From the NCBI RefSeq assembly GCF_001194135.2, contig NC_068984.1:18047765-18111764 (forward strand): DNA of 64,000 nt, in the 5' to 3' direction. The DNA is from Octopus bimaculoides (Eukaryota). The notes below the pieces were generated by a model, which was given only the letters and a program-made list of their open reading frames with translations, was not told the origin of the DNA and did not search any database. This document shows, piece after piece, positions 49,498 through 62,450 of this stretch. A program made the position numbers and the translations under genes. Within the stretch, counting starts at the first letter, position 1. The number at the start of each line of letters is the position of its first letter.

Positions 49498-49542
49498 AGT
49501 ATGCTGATGAGATCTGATAGGCTGAAATATTCCTAGGTTATC
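49498..49542 (+). ncRNA. Decayed hammerhead-like motif, family copy 3
   Basis: gagcagactttAGTATG-CTGATGA-GATC(TGATA)GGCT-GAAATAT..., homologous to copies 1 and 2 but inverted. Confidence 0.4.
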
Positions 49543-50384
49543 CCTCCTAAGATCAGATTACCGTTTCCCTAAAAATGTAAATAAACTTTGAAATTGTTTT
49601 CTTTTAATTGTAAGTCATTAATTTCACAAGGATTGTTTTTTTTATCTCCAACCAAAGAAAACATTTTCATTAAAAATTTTCTTTACATAATATCTCCAGC
49701 TCATCACTCTCTATTTATGCCATGGCTCCATTTGATTTATTTCCTTTAGGTAATTTTTTTAAAAAGTGTGCAGGTGTGAGAGCATTCATTCATCATTTTT
49801 TTTTTTGGTTGGTTTTTTCCAAGCTAGTATGGATTACACAATTCCATAATATTGTTGAGCTATTACTTTACTGCTTGCTATCCCTAACCTGAGGTTACAT
49901 TAAAATGCATGTGCCAAAGGTGTTGCACTCTGAGATTGATTCCGACACTATGTCATTAACTTCTAAGCAAACAGTTTTATCTATCTATGTATCTCTCTCT
50001 CTCTCTCTGTATATATATATATCATGTTACACTGGTTTGATTTCATTATTACAACTATATATCACACAATCTCTTACATGTGTTTAGTGTCAATGGTTCT
50101 GTGAACTGGATAGGTAGTATGTCGTTTTAATTTTCAATGCCATCTGTTTTTCTGGTTAGTTACTGTCTAGCTCTCCTGCCAGTCAGTTTATCCATTCATA
50201 TACATGCACATGCAGGTATTTCTGTGGTTACATATAGATACCTGCTTACACCCATACACTCAAACATTTCTCTGTGTGCACGTGTGTGTGTGTGAGTGTG
50301 TGCATGTCTATGTCTGAATAAATACACACACACACACACACATATATACAGATATAATATTCATACCCACCTGGATATAGATAG

Positions 50385-50700
50385 GTGCAGGGGGATCTGT
50401 ATAGTTAGAAAGTCTGCCCCATAACCACATGACTTCAGGTTCAATCCTACTCTGTGGCAATTTAGGCATATCTATATATGTGTATATGTTTGTGTGTCTC
50501 TGTTTGTCCCCTCAACATCGCTTGACAACCGATGGTGGTGTGTTCATGTCCCTGTAACTTAGCTGTTCAGCAAAAGAGTCTAATAGAATAAGTACTGGGC
50601 TTAAAAAGAATAAGTCCTGGGGTCGACTTGCTTGACTAAAGGTGGTGCTCCAGCATGGCCACAGTCAAATGACTGAAACAAGTTAAAGAATAATAGAATA
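50385..50700 (+). mobile_element. Family-A SINE with the CORE-like block deleted
   Basis: The head runs straight into the microsatellite; the 3' half is intact (catcgcttgacaaccgatg...gactgaaacaag). Confidence 0.85.
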
Positions 50701-51439
50701 TATATATTCAAGATGTTTGTTAAATCCCCATACGTGTGTGTAGGGGGAATGTGTGTGTATGTATATATGTGTGTCTGTATATGTCTATAATGTGTGTGTG
50801 TGTGTGTAGTAAAGTTAATGCTTGGATTGCTTCTATATTTATGAACCTGTAAAGCTGAAAAGTAAAGTTGATCTTGACAGGATTTGAACTTAGTGGCAGA
50901 TAGCTTAAACAGTTTCCTAAAAGCATTTTATATATGCTCTAATGCCGCTGCCATTTTCTCAATTTTACTGCAAACATTTATTAACCATAAAACAAGTGCA
51001 CTTCAACCTGTAAGGTGTGTTTTCCTTGGCAGAATGACCCTTTTCAAAGTGCAACAAAATTGAATTATCTACTGAAATCCATTTCTGAATTGCTGTATTT
51101 ATGGGATTTTTGCTATATTTATTCAATATAAAATCAAAATTGTGCTTCAGTTTGGGAAGTCTTTTTCTATTTCAATCCCTTTTATACTTTCCTTCTAGAA
51201 TATGTAACATGGCAAGGTTAAATTCTTTGCCTGCAGCGCATTTTATAAGATATTGGCTGTGGCTGGTAATTGATTATATGGCAAGTAAGTGGAATGAAAT
51301 GGCTGGGTTCAGGTTGCTGGAATCCTCTGACCTTTCTACACTATTCACCTGGTTTTTAGTGTAGTAAACATTTTAGAATAAAATTAAAATTCAGTTTATA
51401 TGTTAATCTGTCATTGGGCTGCAGTTTTTTTCTTCTTCC

Positions 51440-51736
51440 TTTCTTTTGCCATTGCCACCTGACTGGCTCCCATGCTGGTGGCACGTAAAAGCACTCTTCG
51501 AGTGTTGTCGATAACAGTGCCGCCAGACTGGCCCCCATATCGGTGGCACATGGAAAGCACCCACTACACTCTCAGAGTGGTTGCTATTAAGAAGGGCATC
51601 TAGCTGTAGAAACCTTGCCAGATCAGATTAGAGCCTGGTGCAGCTTCCTGGCTTGCCAGCCCTCAGTCAAACCATCCAACCCATGCCAGCATGGAAAGCA
51701 GATGTTAAACAATGATGATGATGATGATGATGATGA
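51440..51736 (+). mobile_element. SINE family B with (GAT)n tail
   Basis: cctgactggctcccatgctggtggcacgtaaaagcac subrepeats, then aagggcatctagctgtagaaacc and gttaaacaatgatgatgat. Confidence 0.9.
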
Positions 51737-52311
51737 AAATTTAACTAATTTTGCATCAAAATTAAATAATTATAAGAATTTAAACTGACACAGTGATACT
51801 GATAAACTCTAAAAGAAGAGGCTTTTTCCTTTTTCACCTTTGGTGAATGTAGCTTTGACTAGGAAGAATTGATGTCATCAGACAGTATACAATGACCATT
51901 GAGTGTCTTAACCCTGAACCATAATATCATCCCATTGGTGAGCCAGCAGTGGTGACCAAATCACTGCTCATCATCTCCTCCTGGCTTCTGGCTCAGCTCT
52001 TCTTTCTTGCTCCATAACTAGTAGGAGGCTCTTTCTATTGCCTCTCCTATCCTCTACACTGTTTGCTTTTCGTCTCTTATTCCAAAAGGGGAAAATGCCA
52101 AAGGTAGCTGTATTGCTATGAATTAAAAATCTAAGCTATTAATTTATAGTAATGTTAAGGTTTAGATTTTGTTGTAAATAAATTTATACTTAGGGCTAAC
52201 AATGACTCACTGTACTTCAGCTTTAGACAGGAATATTATTAGTCTTGATTTTATAGCAATTAGCAAACTCACAAAAAATTATCATTATGTTATATAACTT
52301 TATCTACCATT

Positions 52312-52752
52312 TTCACTTGTTTCAGTCATTAGACTGCGGCCATGTTGGGGCATCACCTTGAAAAATTTTTAGTTGAATGGATCAACACCAGTATTTCTTT
52401 TTCTTTTTTTTTTTCTTAAGTCTGATATTTATTCTGTTGGTCTGTTTTGCTGGTGAAACTGCTAAGTTACTGGGATGTAAACACACCAGCACCAGTTGTC
52501 AACCAGTGCTGGATCCCTACCACCACTACCACACACACACACTCATACACACACACACACATGCACACACACGCACACACATGCACACACACGCACATGA
52601 TGGGCTTCTTTCAGTTTCTGTCTATCAAATTCATTCACAAGGCTTTGGTTGTCCCAAAGTTATAAAAGACACTTGCCCAAAGTGCCACAGTTGGACTGAA
52701 CCTGGAACCAAGTGGTTGGGAAGCAAGCTTATCACACACCTATGCCTGTTCC
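52312..52752 (-). mobile_element. SINE family A, full length
   Basis: ttgtttcagtcattagactgcggccatg...internal (CA)n...gggcttctttcagtttc...gacacttgcccaa...gcaagctt. Confidence 0.87.
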
Positions 52753-53172
52753 TATTTAATTAAAGCTTTATTCTAATTACCACAGACTTAAACATGTTAA
52801 ATGAAGTATTATTATTTACTTGTTACCTGTACAGCGATATGATTTCTGTAATCAGTGGCATCTGTTAGATGCAATAGATATTAGGTGGGAAGAATTTTTT
52901 TTTTTTTTTCATATATATATTTTTATTGTGAATTCTGGATTCAATGGAAGCAGTTTGTTGTCAGTTAATATGCGGCTTCTTTGTTAGTGATTTGTTTATG
53001 TTTTGGATAAAAGGAAGCTGATTTGCTTTAGAGAGCAGAATCTTTGAATAAATACTAGACGGCCTCTTGTGGACAGTTGAATAAGATTGTGGAAAATATA
53101 TGATGATTGGAAAGACGACAAAAGTATTTTTATGAATTCAATTTTTACCATTATTTCTCTAACTTCTTACAG

Positions 53173-53202
53173 TGAATCGTCTGTTGTTATGCAAATATAG
53201 CT
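53173..53202 (+). CDS. Candidate 30-nt exon (phase 1: NRLLLCKYS)
   Basis: ctctaac branch-like motif, ttcttacag acceptor and gtaagt donor. Only one frame is open. No homology recognised. Confidence 0.35.
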
Positions 53203-53990
53203 GTAAGTATCATGCATTAACTTTACCATAAAGTCTACTGAAAAGACTTCATCATTTAGCTACATTTCTTCAAATAGCTTTCCTTTAGAAGCCTCTTTTC
53301 TTGCTATCAGATTTATTATTGATTTATCCAATTCTTTCTGAAGTCTTTAGAAACAGATGATGAAAGATGGCTGTGTCCTATAATAAAACACCTGATCGAA
53401 GCTTTTCACTTTAATCAGATATTGTAAATGTGCAGGATATGCATTGCAGCAAGCTTTCGGCCAATGCTTCCTTGAAGAAACATCACATAACCACCGACAT
53501 AATCTTTCTGATTACTACTGGGAAACGTGTGATTTTGTCATAAAAACTATATTCAAAGTTCAATTTCAGGCTTTAAACATAAATGTCACATTTTATTCTC
53601 AATTTCTTAAAACAATTTCTTGCAGCCCATATTAGTGTTTGAGTTAGTGGAAGCTGCAGAATGAATATGTATTTTTATATCCCTATGAAGATATATAAAA
53701 GTATATATATCAAAAATATATAAGAATATATATATACATTTGTTATCATTTCCAAGAGAATTTCCTGTATTGATTGTTTATCTATTGTCACAGAAAATTA
53801 TTAACTTCAAGAAATAAGCAACTTTATCTGTTTCCATTTTTGCTAATCTTCAAACTGTAATGTTCATCAGTGACAATTATGATATAAACAGAAATCTATA
53901 AATTCAATAAAATTTATTGGATATAAATTCTTTTGTTAACACATGAAATGAAAGTAATAATTTCCTTTCATTTCATTTATTGTATGCATA

Positions 53991-54034
<44 letters not shown>

Positions 54035-56582
54035 CATTTGTGTGTGCCTATATAATCATAATAGTTTCATAAACTGATTTTAACAGTTATTTATTATCAA
54101 GTTAGGTCATAAGCTTTCTTTCAGATTTTTATTGAAGGTCAAACTTAATTGAAAACTACAGATAATTGAATGTAGGAAAAAAAAAAAAAACTGACTATAT
54201 ATGACAATAGGTTAGGGTTGGAAATGAAATTGCAGAATTGATGCTTACCAAATACAAATGTTTGACACAATATACAGGTTTTACTTGCTATGAAAAACAT
54301 CATTTAAATCTAACCAATGGTGTAACATTGCTTTTGAATGGTGTAATGCAATATTAACAATGGTGAGGTTCCAAACATATTGAATAGGAAACACCATCAC
54401 TCTACACTGAACGCCAAAATATGAGGTGATCTAAGCTTGTGAGGGAAATCTTTACTTGTTTGCTAGACCTGCTTGAAATAGCAAGTCAGTCATACCCTAC
54501 TGTCTAAAAATAAAGTGTGTGTGTGGGCATGTGGGTGCTTTGGAAAATATAATACGAGATATATTCTGTCTGAAATAAAGATGGGAAAGTGATGTATGGA
54601 AAGCCATTGATCAGAGTTCTGCTCAATCAAGATTGCTGACCTGTGGTTAAACAACAACAACAACAATATCAGCAACTACAACATCAATAACCACCTTGTG
54701 TGATAACTTTTGCTCCAAAGAGTAAGTTACAAAACACATCAAAATCTATCGATTCTCTGGTTAGAAATATCTAGAACTTTTTATATTTACATGTTTATTC
54801 AGTGAAAACACTGAAACACACAGACTTTCTCTCTATCTCTTTCTCTCTCACTCTTCTTGGAAAACATTATTTAATTGTCGTGTTCAAAGAGTAATGTGTA
54901 CGTTAACCACCAGATGTCTCCACTGGTGGTTCATTGCAAACTTCACACAACTGCCATATGTACCACCAGTGGTTGGTACATTTTCATGATTTGAGAAAAT
55001 ATTTTATTCTCTATCTTTGATATGGTTTCGAGGATATTTGAATAACACGAGTGCTAAATATTAAAGTTTAATTATGAAATAGTGTAAAAATGCAAAGCAA
55101 TTACACTTGTAATTAAACAGTAGTGTGACTGTGCGAAATACGTGGCATCACTGTTAAGTTCCAATAACAAACCATGGCAGTTAATGTTTCAGAGACTGAA
55201 TCTATTGTAGCAGAGACTTTGCTTATTATGGAGTCCTCTACAAGCAATTTCAGTTCTTATTTTACTTTGGGTGGGGTCATTATGCCAATCACAACACATA
55301 CACTGGTTCTTCTTTGTGTATTTGTCAGTTGGTTAGCTATTTAACCAATTAACTGTTCAATTGCTTGATTAATTCTTCAGTTAATCAGTCAAGTCTGTCA
55401 GTCTTTGCCTCACCATTCACAATCTCATCACTGACAAACCCACTCTACTCTAGGGCTGTCTCAGATCTGTCTTTCGGATTCTTTGTGATTTCCATTTTCA
55501 TTCCATTTATTTTTATCGCCAGTAACACTTCAACTCTCTGTTCAATCTTATAACATCATCATCATCATCATCATACATCTGTGTTTCCATACTGGCATGG
55601 GTTATCATGGCTCATGTTATCTTGCATATACAACAGTAGATAAAAATGGGCCAACTTAGGAGTTGAACATGTCTTGAAGTGTGATCTGAATGCATTTCAT
55701 GCCATTGGCACAACAGCTATTGTGGGAGAACAAAAGGGTCACATCTGCTTTGTGTCAGTTCTTATTCAAAGTTACTGCCCTCCTTCACATATAGCCTACA
55801 ACATGACTTGTAGAGCCCACATCCTGTACACGTATTCCATTTTGGCATGTTTTCTATACCTGGGTGCACAACATATCCCTGACAATAGTGTATACCATAT
55901 TTTAGTGTACCACCAACATGAGAGAACTTATCTGCAGAAGGACTGATGTGTATCCTCTACTCTATATTGGTTTTTATTTGGAGTTATTGCCTCCCTAAAT
56001 GAGTAGGTTATGATGTGGCTTGTAAAGTTTATTCCTTACTCTTATACATGCACTGGGCACTCGTGCACACACACCACACTGCATGCATTGCCTCCTTTTG
56101 TATGGCCATTGATATTTCCCATTTACTTTCTAATCTGAAATAGTACAAATATATTTAATTTAATTGTATTTAAATGATCTGACAGTTAATTAAAAAAATG
56201 TCGGGTTGGGGCAAAGAAAGAATGTTATGAAGTTATTAATTTGCTACTTAATAGATTTATTAATAATATATAGTATGAGTTTGTTAATGATACTTAATAT
56301 ATATGTTATAAAATTAAGTGCATAATAAATTTGCTTACTTCTACATAATTTTGTATTAATACATAGTTATGTAGTTCAAGTCTGTTGCATTAGCAGTTAT
56401 AGGATTTGAAAGGCATTGGACAATTTCAATAATTCCATAAGGCCTAGATGCTTTCTCACCTTCACTTCAAATTACAGCTAATCCTTTTGGCCTCTTGCCA
56501 AGAAAATTTCTACTTAATTAACAGAAATATCGTTCATCAAGATGACTCCAGGTAGCATTCCTGCACATAAGGCCATCCATGT

Positions 56583-56657
56583 TCTCTCTCTCTCTCTCTC
56601 TCTCTCCCTCTCTCTCTCCCTCTCTCTCTCCCTCTCTCTCTCCCTCTCTATCTCTCT
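56583..56657. repeat. (CT)n microsatellite
   Basis: Directly visible. Confidence 0.97.
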
Positions 56658-56929
56658 ACGCACACTTTTTTTATTCTTTCTGCCTCCCTTATTTGCACAC
56701 ATATCCACCAAGTGCACAAAGCCCCTCTAATCACTCCTAGCATTTTCTTTTTATTACATTCAAGTGAACGAGATTCAAATTGAATTTGGAATTGCAATAA
56801 GCAATTGAGATAGGTCAGGTAAAACTCCACTACAGCTCCCTTCTCAAATTTAGAAGTAACTGCCAAGATTACTTTTAAAGAACCATTTTTAACCAAGCAG
56901 GCAGAATTCACTCTTAATCAATGGCCCAA

Positions 56930-57900
56930 GAAGATGGCAAAGGATCAGCAGGAAGCAAAGGCGTATTGGATGAACCAGTGTTCACTGATGAAAGGGTGTA
57001 ATAAATGGTGAAGCAGGAGAGGTTTCACAGCGTTTTGGTTCCAATAAATGAAAATGTTCAAGTTGTATCAAAGCCACTGGGTGAGTAAAAAGAAGATACA
57101 AATAGACAGAAGATGTATTTGTTGGCTAAATATCAGGCAGAAAATCACAGAAAAAAGAAAATGTCGACCATGTATACTAACTGTCAGAAAACTAAAAAAT
57201 TTAGCAAAAACCTTCATGTTGCATCGGACCATTTCAAGAATAAATGTTTATCATCGTAGATGAACATTCACAATGTCTCTTCATTGCAAGGATGACTCTG
57301 ATACTGATGGTATAGTAAGATATACCGAATACTCTAAAAACTTTGTAATAAATGGACTGCCAGACGCCATAGTGACACACAATATATTTTCATTTATTGG
57401 CAAGAAATTTTGCATTTATTAAGTGACAACAGTCATGTTTCATCAACAGGTCAGTGGTCATGCAGAACAATTTGTTGTCCAAACATAAAACAAGATATGG
57501 AGAGGAATTTGGTAGACAGTATGAAGCTGTTGAAGCAATAAACCTTTTTTCTCATGGCCTATAAATCAATACTGAATTTATGGCAGAATTACAAATCATC
57601 ACCAGAGATATTCTATGGCTGTAAAGAGTTGTTTTATTGTTGCACCCATATAATAAAGCTGATGTGGAAAACTCTTCTCAGCGATATCTAACGTTTGAAG
57701 TTGAAAATCTGAACATTGATATATACCAGGAACTATGACAAAAGGCTAAAAGTTGATTCCTGAGAATGTCAATATATGAAAGGAAATCTTTTCTGTCAGA
57801 ATGGACAGAGGCTTTTGGAAGAGGCACCAAATCAAATTGTCACAAAAAACATTCTGGGAACATAAAAGAACCTATAATGGAAGAATTTGTTCAAGAACTA
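56930..57900 (+). mobile_element. Decayed Ty3/Gypsy LTR-retrotransposon integrase
   Basis: HHCC-like LYQSHWVSKKK..RCICWLNI..KCRPC, then GPFQE*MFIIVDEHSQC (like GPFxGxxFLIVVDAHSKW), NGLPDAIVTHN (like HGLPExIVSDN), FHQQVSGHAEQFV (like YHPQSNGxAERFV) and SPEIFYG. Confidence 0.8.
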
Positions 57901-59009
57901 AGATTAACTTACCAGAAAAGTATTTGTAGAGTCTACATCTTGCCTCATACATTCCATTTTGTTGTTTCCTGTGGCAGGATGCTTCTTGTGTCTCCAACCC
58001 CTTTACAGAGTGTATTTTAGCATAACACTACCACTAGAAGACTTGCCTGGGGAAGGCCACATTAGTAACATCAACCCTGTATCATTTCTGCTTTCCCAGA
58101 TGGGTACGCTGCAATGTGGTTTTGTGGAATTCATATTTTGCTTGAATGCACCCCCACACCACATTAGACACATTCTTTACCCTCCTTCGTGCAGCCACTG
58201 ACACTTTTTTTGTTTAATTTCTTACGCAAAATGATATAGATATAGTCTATTGAACTGTACTTGAATGATCTGAGAATTAGTAGTAATAAATATTTCATCA
58301 AATGAGTAAATATATCTTCACATGAGTTTATTAATAATATATTTAAACTATCTTCTTATTGAATTATGTATACAATTTGGTTATTTACTTACACATAATT
58401 GTATATTAATAAAATTTAGCTTTGATTTACTTAATAGATTATGATTTACTTTGCCTTCCAGTCTACACACCTCACACCTCAGTTGGTAACCTATGGGGCT
58501 TAACAAAATATTTTCCAACTGTGCTTTCTACTTCCTGAAGACAGCCTTATGTTAAACACTACATTGTTCAGCTGGTTCTACACACTTCCATTCTTTCAGT
58601 CATTGACACAGCAATCTTGTATTGCATAGCAGCATGACCTCAGTTGTCTCAATAATGGAAATGTTCACAATAATAAAATTAGACTCACTTTTAACACCCA
58701 TAAATCTCTCCCTGGTGGTACCAGATTTTATGATATTATCACAAAGTTAGTTTGTTGATACTGTCAGTTAAAAAGTTTTTGTCATAAAACGTATCTCAAG
58801 AACTTTCAGTGAATATCTTGCTCACCATCAACATTAACCTTACCTATGTTCTGAAGATAAGCTGAAGTAACTTTTTCACAAAACACAATTGCCTGTATTG
58901 TATAACTCGGTAAAAGGTTTTCTTAATGTTAATAAATAATTTAACACCTTGGCCCTTCCTTGAGATACAGAATTTACACACACCTGTTGTAAGGAAGATC
59001 AATCACAAT

Positions 59010-59635
59010 TGAGTATATGGCTCTGTGGTTAAGAAGTTTGTTTGCCAACCTCTTGCTTTTGGGTTCAGTCTCATAGTGTGACATTTTGGGCAAGTGTTTC
59101 CTACTACAACATTAGATTGACTAAAGCCTTGTGAGTGATTGCGGTAGATAGAAACTGAAAGAAGCTCTTGAGAAGACCTGGCAAGTAAAGTGAGATCACA
59201 GCCATAGCATACACCAGTGTTGCATAACCAGCCCATTTAAAAAGTACTTTTGAATCGTTGGGTGACATTCCATGCTTGAGGAGACCTATTGAGTCAAGTA
59301 AAATCAAAATCAAATCAAATCAAATCAAATGGAAATTGTAGTTGTGGCCGATGTCAGTGCTGCCTGACTGGCTCCTGTGCTGGTGGCATGCAATAAGCAC
59401 CATGCATGCATGGGTCATTGTTAGTGCTGCCTGACTGGCTCCCATGCCGGTGGCACATAAAAAGCACCCACTACACTCTCGGAGTGGTTGGCATTAGGAA
59501 GGGCATCCAGCTGTAGAAACATTGTCAGGCCAGATTGGAACCTAGTGCGGCCTCCTGGCTCGCCAGTCCCCATTCAAACCGTCCAAACCATGCTAGCATC
59601 GAAAACGGACGTTAAACGATGATAATAATGATGAT
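59010..59635 (+). mobile_element. Composite SINE: family-A head, (AAATC)n spacer, family-B body and tail
   Basis: gtggttaagaag...gggcaagtg...gaaactgaaagaagc, then aaatcaaatc x5, two gtgctgcctgactggctcc units and aagggcatccagctgtag...ttaaacgatgat. Confidence 0.88.
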
Positions 59636-60567
59636 ATATATATATGTATATACATATACATGCACATGTACCCATGTGTATTTGCGTGAGTGAGTTAATA
59701 TTTCCCTTGTGTTCACTGGTTTGTAAGCAATGGCTTTTTTGAGGGTATTGTTTGCTTGCTATCCACTGCAAAAGCATATCTGGGCTTCTTCACATTGTGC
59801 AATCTTTGTTAAGAAAAGGTTTCCTCTGTTTCCAGTTCTTTGCATAAAACGCATTCAGGCTATTTTTGTTTGATTGAGAGAGAGATTATTACCCCATTTC
59901 GAAGTATTATTGGATGTTGTTAAACTTGGTTCCCATTGGACAAGCTAAGTCATGTGATGAAAATTAGTGTAGACAGCTAGTGTGTCACTGCTAGCTGTTA
60001 TTAGGTATTTTTAATATTTTGGGAGAAATGCTTGTCTGCAACAGCAGTAGGAGACTACCTTAGATTTCATGTTGAGAAAATCTCATTTTAAGTCTCTTTT
60101 TGTATTTTTCCATATTGTTATGGATTAGTTGGATAGCACAACATCTTGTTATTTGTTGTGGTGTTTCATCATTTGTTTCATGAATTCCAGTATTTTGAGA
60201 TCAGTCCTCACTAGTGCTTTGCACAATTTTTTCTTCACAAACCTCCATCCATTCAGATTGTTTGACATTTTTTCACCCAGCTGACACTGTAGATAGCTGC
60301 ACAAAATAAGATTTGAAATGCGGATGAAGAAATAATGCTGATTCACTGTTCTGTTTTATTTTTTAGCTCAATAATCTTGTGTGTACATGTTTTTGAACAG
60401 AGTGATGGACTTAACTGAATCAAAGAGATTCAATTTTTTAACAGACTTCTTTCGAAATCATGCTAAATCTCTCAGTTCTAGTGTTTCCTTGTTGACTGAA
60501 TCACTATTAAACATAGAATCTGAAGAATTATCAGGAACAATTGTGTTATCAGATAAAGCTCTTTCAT

Positions 60568-60577
60568 TTCTCTCTCT

Positions 60578-60612
<35 letters not shown>
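60568..60612. repeat. (CT)n microsatellite
   Basis: Directly visible. Confidence 0.95.
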
Positions 60613-60617
<5 letters not shown>

Positions 60618-61151
60618 ATTCTTATCATCACTACTTTTTTTGTAGTACCTAAAAAGGAAAATGTCAATTTGATAATAATTCCTCCTAATTTTATATTCTG
60701 ATATGCTTCAAGAGATTATAGCAATTTTATTTGCCATTAATGTATTCTATCTGATAAGATTTAGAATGGGAGATGAAGCTCTTCCAGTCTCCTTTCTCCT
60801 TATGGTAATAAAGCTTGATGAGTGGTATTGACTTTACAATTTATGTGCTGAGGCTTAGGTAGAAATATTATCCAAACTTTGCAGAACATTGCTTTCAGAA
60901 GTGTTTTGTCCTATGGGATTATGAAGATACTGAAAATGGTTGTTGCTGGGAAAAAAAAAATAAATAAATAAAATAACAAAACATTTTTTTCTTCTCGATA
61001 TTTTTTTGGTATGGTGTCAGAAGATCAAAAGGAAATTGTAATATTTTTTAACTTGATTTCTATAGCGTTATAGTGGAGGTACTTGCAACGCAGAATAGAA
61101 ACCTGATTTTTAGATTGAAACTGATTTCATAAGGGTGGGAAAAGGAAAGAC

Positions 61152-61185
<34 letters not shown>

Positions 61186-61749
61186 ACATTGCAGCAGAAA
61201 TCCTTTATTTCAAAAGCAGGAATATTGTTCTTTTTAAGTCTTTTAGATTCAGAATGGATTCCTTATTGCATCACTAAAATTTTGGGAAAGTTTTATTTCT
61301 TTTTTTTATTTTTTAATAGAGTTTTAATCAATAACACTGATTAAATAATTTTTCTAGTGGGGTTGAGAAAACTGTCTTTTTTTTTTGTCAATATAATTAC
61401 AGTTGTTTTTTTTTTAAATGTATTTTGATAGCAATAATAACCTATTGAATCATGGTGACTACATTGAAAGGGATTTATAGAAAGATACCCTGGAATCATT
61501 TACTTGTGTTTGCTACAAGTTCATTGGAATATTTTAAATCTGTTCTGTGCATTAACAAAAAAACTGCCAATTACACAGTGATCTTGTTTGTTGCTGTAAA
61601 GTATATTGTTCCATGATAGCTATTTGTTGTTAGGAAATGTTGATCCAGTAAGAATTAAGTATATTCAACCACTGCCAGTTATTTGACTTCCTATTTATCT
61701 GTTGTTAATGGTGATAGCTAGTGCGCATTCTTGAATAAAATGCCTAGTT

Positions 61750-62450
61750 CATCTTTTGATTTCTTATTTGTTGCCCTGGTATTTCTTAGGACTCTCAAGA
61801 TGATTGATCTTTCATGAGACATGCTTCCACACAAACTATGCTTGATAGACAAAAATAAATCTGGTTGAGATTGGCAAATTTCTTTGTGTTATCATTCATT
61901 CACTTCATTTCTGCACTAGTCAAGAGGATTTGATGCTCTGCACTCAATTCAAGCTGCCATCCATTTGGATTGAAATTTCCATTTTGTTATTTTTCCATCA
62001 TATTTTCTTCTAACTGGTTGTTTTTCCTGATTCTAGGATTGGAAGTCTCGAAGTAAAGCAAGCTTATTTGTAACTCGGAGATGGTGGTGTTCAGTTGATG
62101 ATAGAATTAGTTTAAAGGCTTTCACTGGCACCGAGGAACTGTCTCCATAGAATTGTGTGCAGAGTCATGCGCTTCTCATTGATAGCAATTAGCATGAAGT
62201 AATGGTTCTTCATTAGTTCTGTTTTTGCAGCAAAACTAATCTTTGAATGCAGCGTTCCTCACCCCACCAAAAGAATGGTTCTGTAACCTGAATTAGATTT
62301 TTCAATGATGCTTTCTTCTACAAGTCTTGGTTTCACATAAAGCAGCAATATCTAAATACAGCTTTGCTAGTTTGTGAGTCACAAGTGGTCTGTTGTTGTC
62401 CTTCATATCAAGCAGAGTTCTGACACTCTATGAAACAATAATCATTTTGG
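61750..62450 (-). mobile_element. Decayed non-LTR RT fragment
   Basis: Minus-strand PRLVEESIIEKSNSGYR (like QxGFR), EAHDSAH (like KAFDSV) and ILWRQF. Confidence 0.45.

Noticed and set aside
51440-51570. Short tandem ~40-nt repeats as a CRISPR-like array (also 59350-59460)
   Set aside because: Eukaryotic context; these are internal subrepeats of SINE family B with no unique spacers.
53445-53480. gccGAAAGCTT on the minus strand as another hammerhead
   Set aside because: The CUGANGA core is absent (cttcaagg); too degenerate.
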